A stretch of 64,000 nt of DNA from Candidatus Omnitrophota bacterium (GTDB lineage: Bacteria; Omnitrophota; Gorgyraeia; Gygaellales; Profunditerraquicolaceae): the NCBI GenBank assembly GCA_028712505.1, contig JAQTQC010000005.1:7051-71050 (forward strand), given 5' to 3'. The notes below the pieces were generated by a model that ran no database searches, was not told the DNA's origin, and was given only the letters and a program-made list of their open reading frames with translations. This document shows positions 63,401 through 64,000 of the stretch, one piece after another (the first letter of the stretch is position 1; the number at the start of each line of letters is the position of its first letter). Position numbers and translations under genes: made by a program.

Positions 63401-64000
63401 ATGCCTAATTTTCAGTATAAAAGCAGGGATAAATTTGGTAAGGAGGCCCGCGGCAGGATGGAGGGCTTTGACGAAAATTCCGTAGCCCAAAAGTTGATCC
63501 AGATGGGTTTTACCCCTGTTTCTATTAAAGAGGCAAAGGAAGCTATCCGCAGTTCCAAATTATCAGGTTCTTCGATGAGGATCAAATTCTCTGAGTTGAA
63601 TATGTTTACCCGTCAGCTTGCCACCCTGCAGAGGGCTGGCCTGCCGATCTTGCTTTCCTTGAATGCCTTGCGTGAACAATCCCAGGATAAAACTTTCAAA
63701 GAGGTTATCAGTCAGATAATCCGGGATATTGAATCAGGCTCAAGTTTATCCGGGGCATTAGAGAAATACCCAAAGATATTTAACAGCCTTTATTTGAATA
63801 TGGTTGCTTCCGGTGAAGCCAGCGGACGGCTGGATGAGGTTTTGGAAAGGCTGGCAACTTTGAGCGAGCATGATGAGACTATCCGGCTGCGGATTAAATC
63901 CGCAACCCGTTATCCTATTATCGTAGTAGTTGCGATGGTTATTGGTTTTGTGGTGTTGACTGTTTTAGTGGTTCCGCGCTACGCGAAGATTTATGAACAG
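63401..64000 (+). CDS. second GspF/PilC-family platform protein (3'-partial, runs off window)
   Basis: MPNFQYKSRDKFGKEARGRMEGFDENSVAQKLIQMGFTPVSI N-terminus. Open frame to the window end. Confidence 0.8.
   Translation, partial: MPNFQYKSRDKFGKEARGRMEGFDENSVAQKLIQMGFTPVSIKEAKEAIRSSKLSGSSMRIKFSELNMFTRQLATLQRAGLPILLSLNALREQSQDKTFKEVISQIIRDIESGSSLSGALEKYPKIFNSLYLNMVASGEASGRLDEVLERLATLSEHDETIRLRIKSATRYPIIVVVAMVIGFVVLTVLVVPRYAKIYEQ

Overview
This 64-kb window is entirely coding on the + strand, and every gene I can support points the same way. It looks like a streamlined diderm genome: an LPS heptose epimerase, an outer-membrane beta-barrel protein and GspG-type pseudopilins are all present. The dominant feature is one uninterrupted reading frame covering positions 1-22169. 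It is open to the 5' window edge, so the gene is longer than the 7,364 codons seen here. It encodes a giant, highly repetitive, tail-anchored surface protein with LVIVD repeats, about 42 tandem beta-rich modules of roughly 140 aa, nine Trp-containing KNH/Kre9-like repeats, a coiled coil and a C-terminal TM helix. The repeats include near-identical DNA units and one exact 518-bp intragenic duplication. Downstream lie a secreted HExxH peptidase and a REC-GGDEF diguanylate cyclase whose stop overlaps the start of an atypical F-type ATP synthase operon. That operon reads atpE, atpF/H fusion, atpA, atpG, atpD, then a gspE/pilB ATPase, then a truncated atpC, then gspF/pilC and a full T2SS-like pseudopilin/assembly set (GspG, H, J, K, L/PilMN, M/PilO). 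There is no atpB or atpI in the locus. The rest of the window holds a PabB-like enzyme, two paralogous sensor kinase/CheY-like receiver pairs, a DEAD-box helicase, an MFS transporter, housekeeping C1 and lipoate genes (metF-like, hldD, gcvT-H-PA-PB, lplA-family, lipA, an epimerase, thyX) and a second gspE/gspF pair. The second kinase pair is followed by PilZ, gspE and gspF, and the first sits downstream of the first gspE-gspF/atp cluster. A nickel module (nikR with a palindromic operator, an OMP gene, cbiM/N, hypA, cbiQ/O with a His-rich tail, a cupin) is split by the housekeeping block. I found no rRNA, tRNA, CRISPR array or transposase or integrase gene. Giant-gene-bearing uncultivated lineages such as Omnitrophota-like bacteria would fit, but that assignment is inference only.
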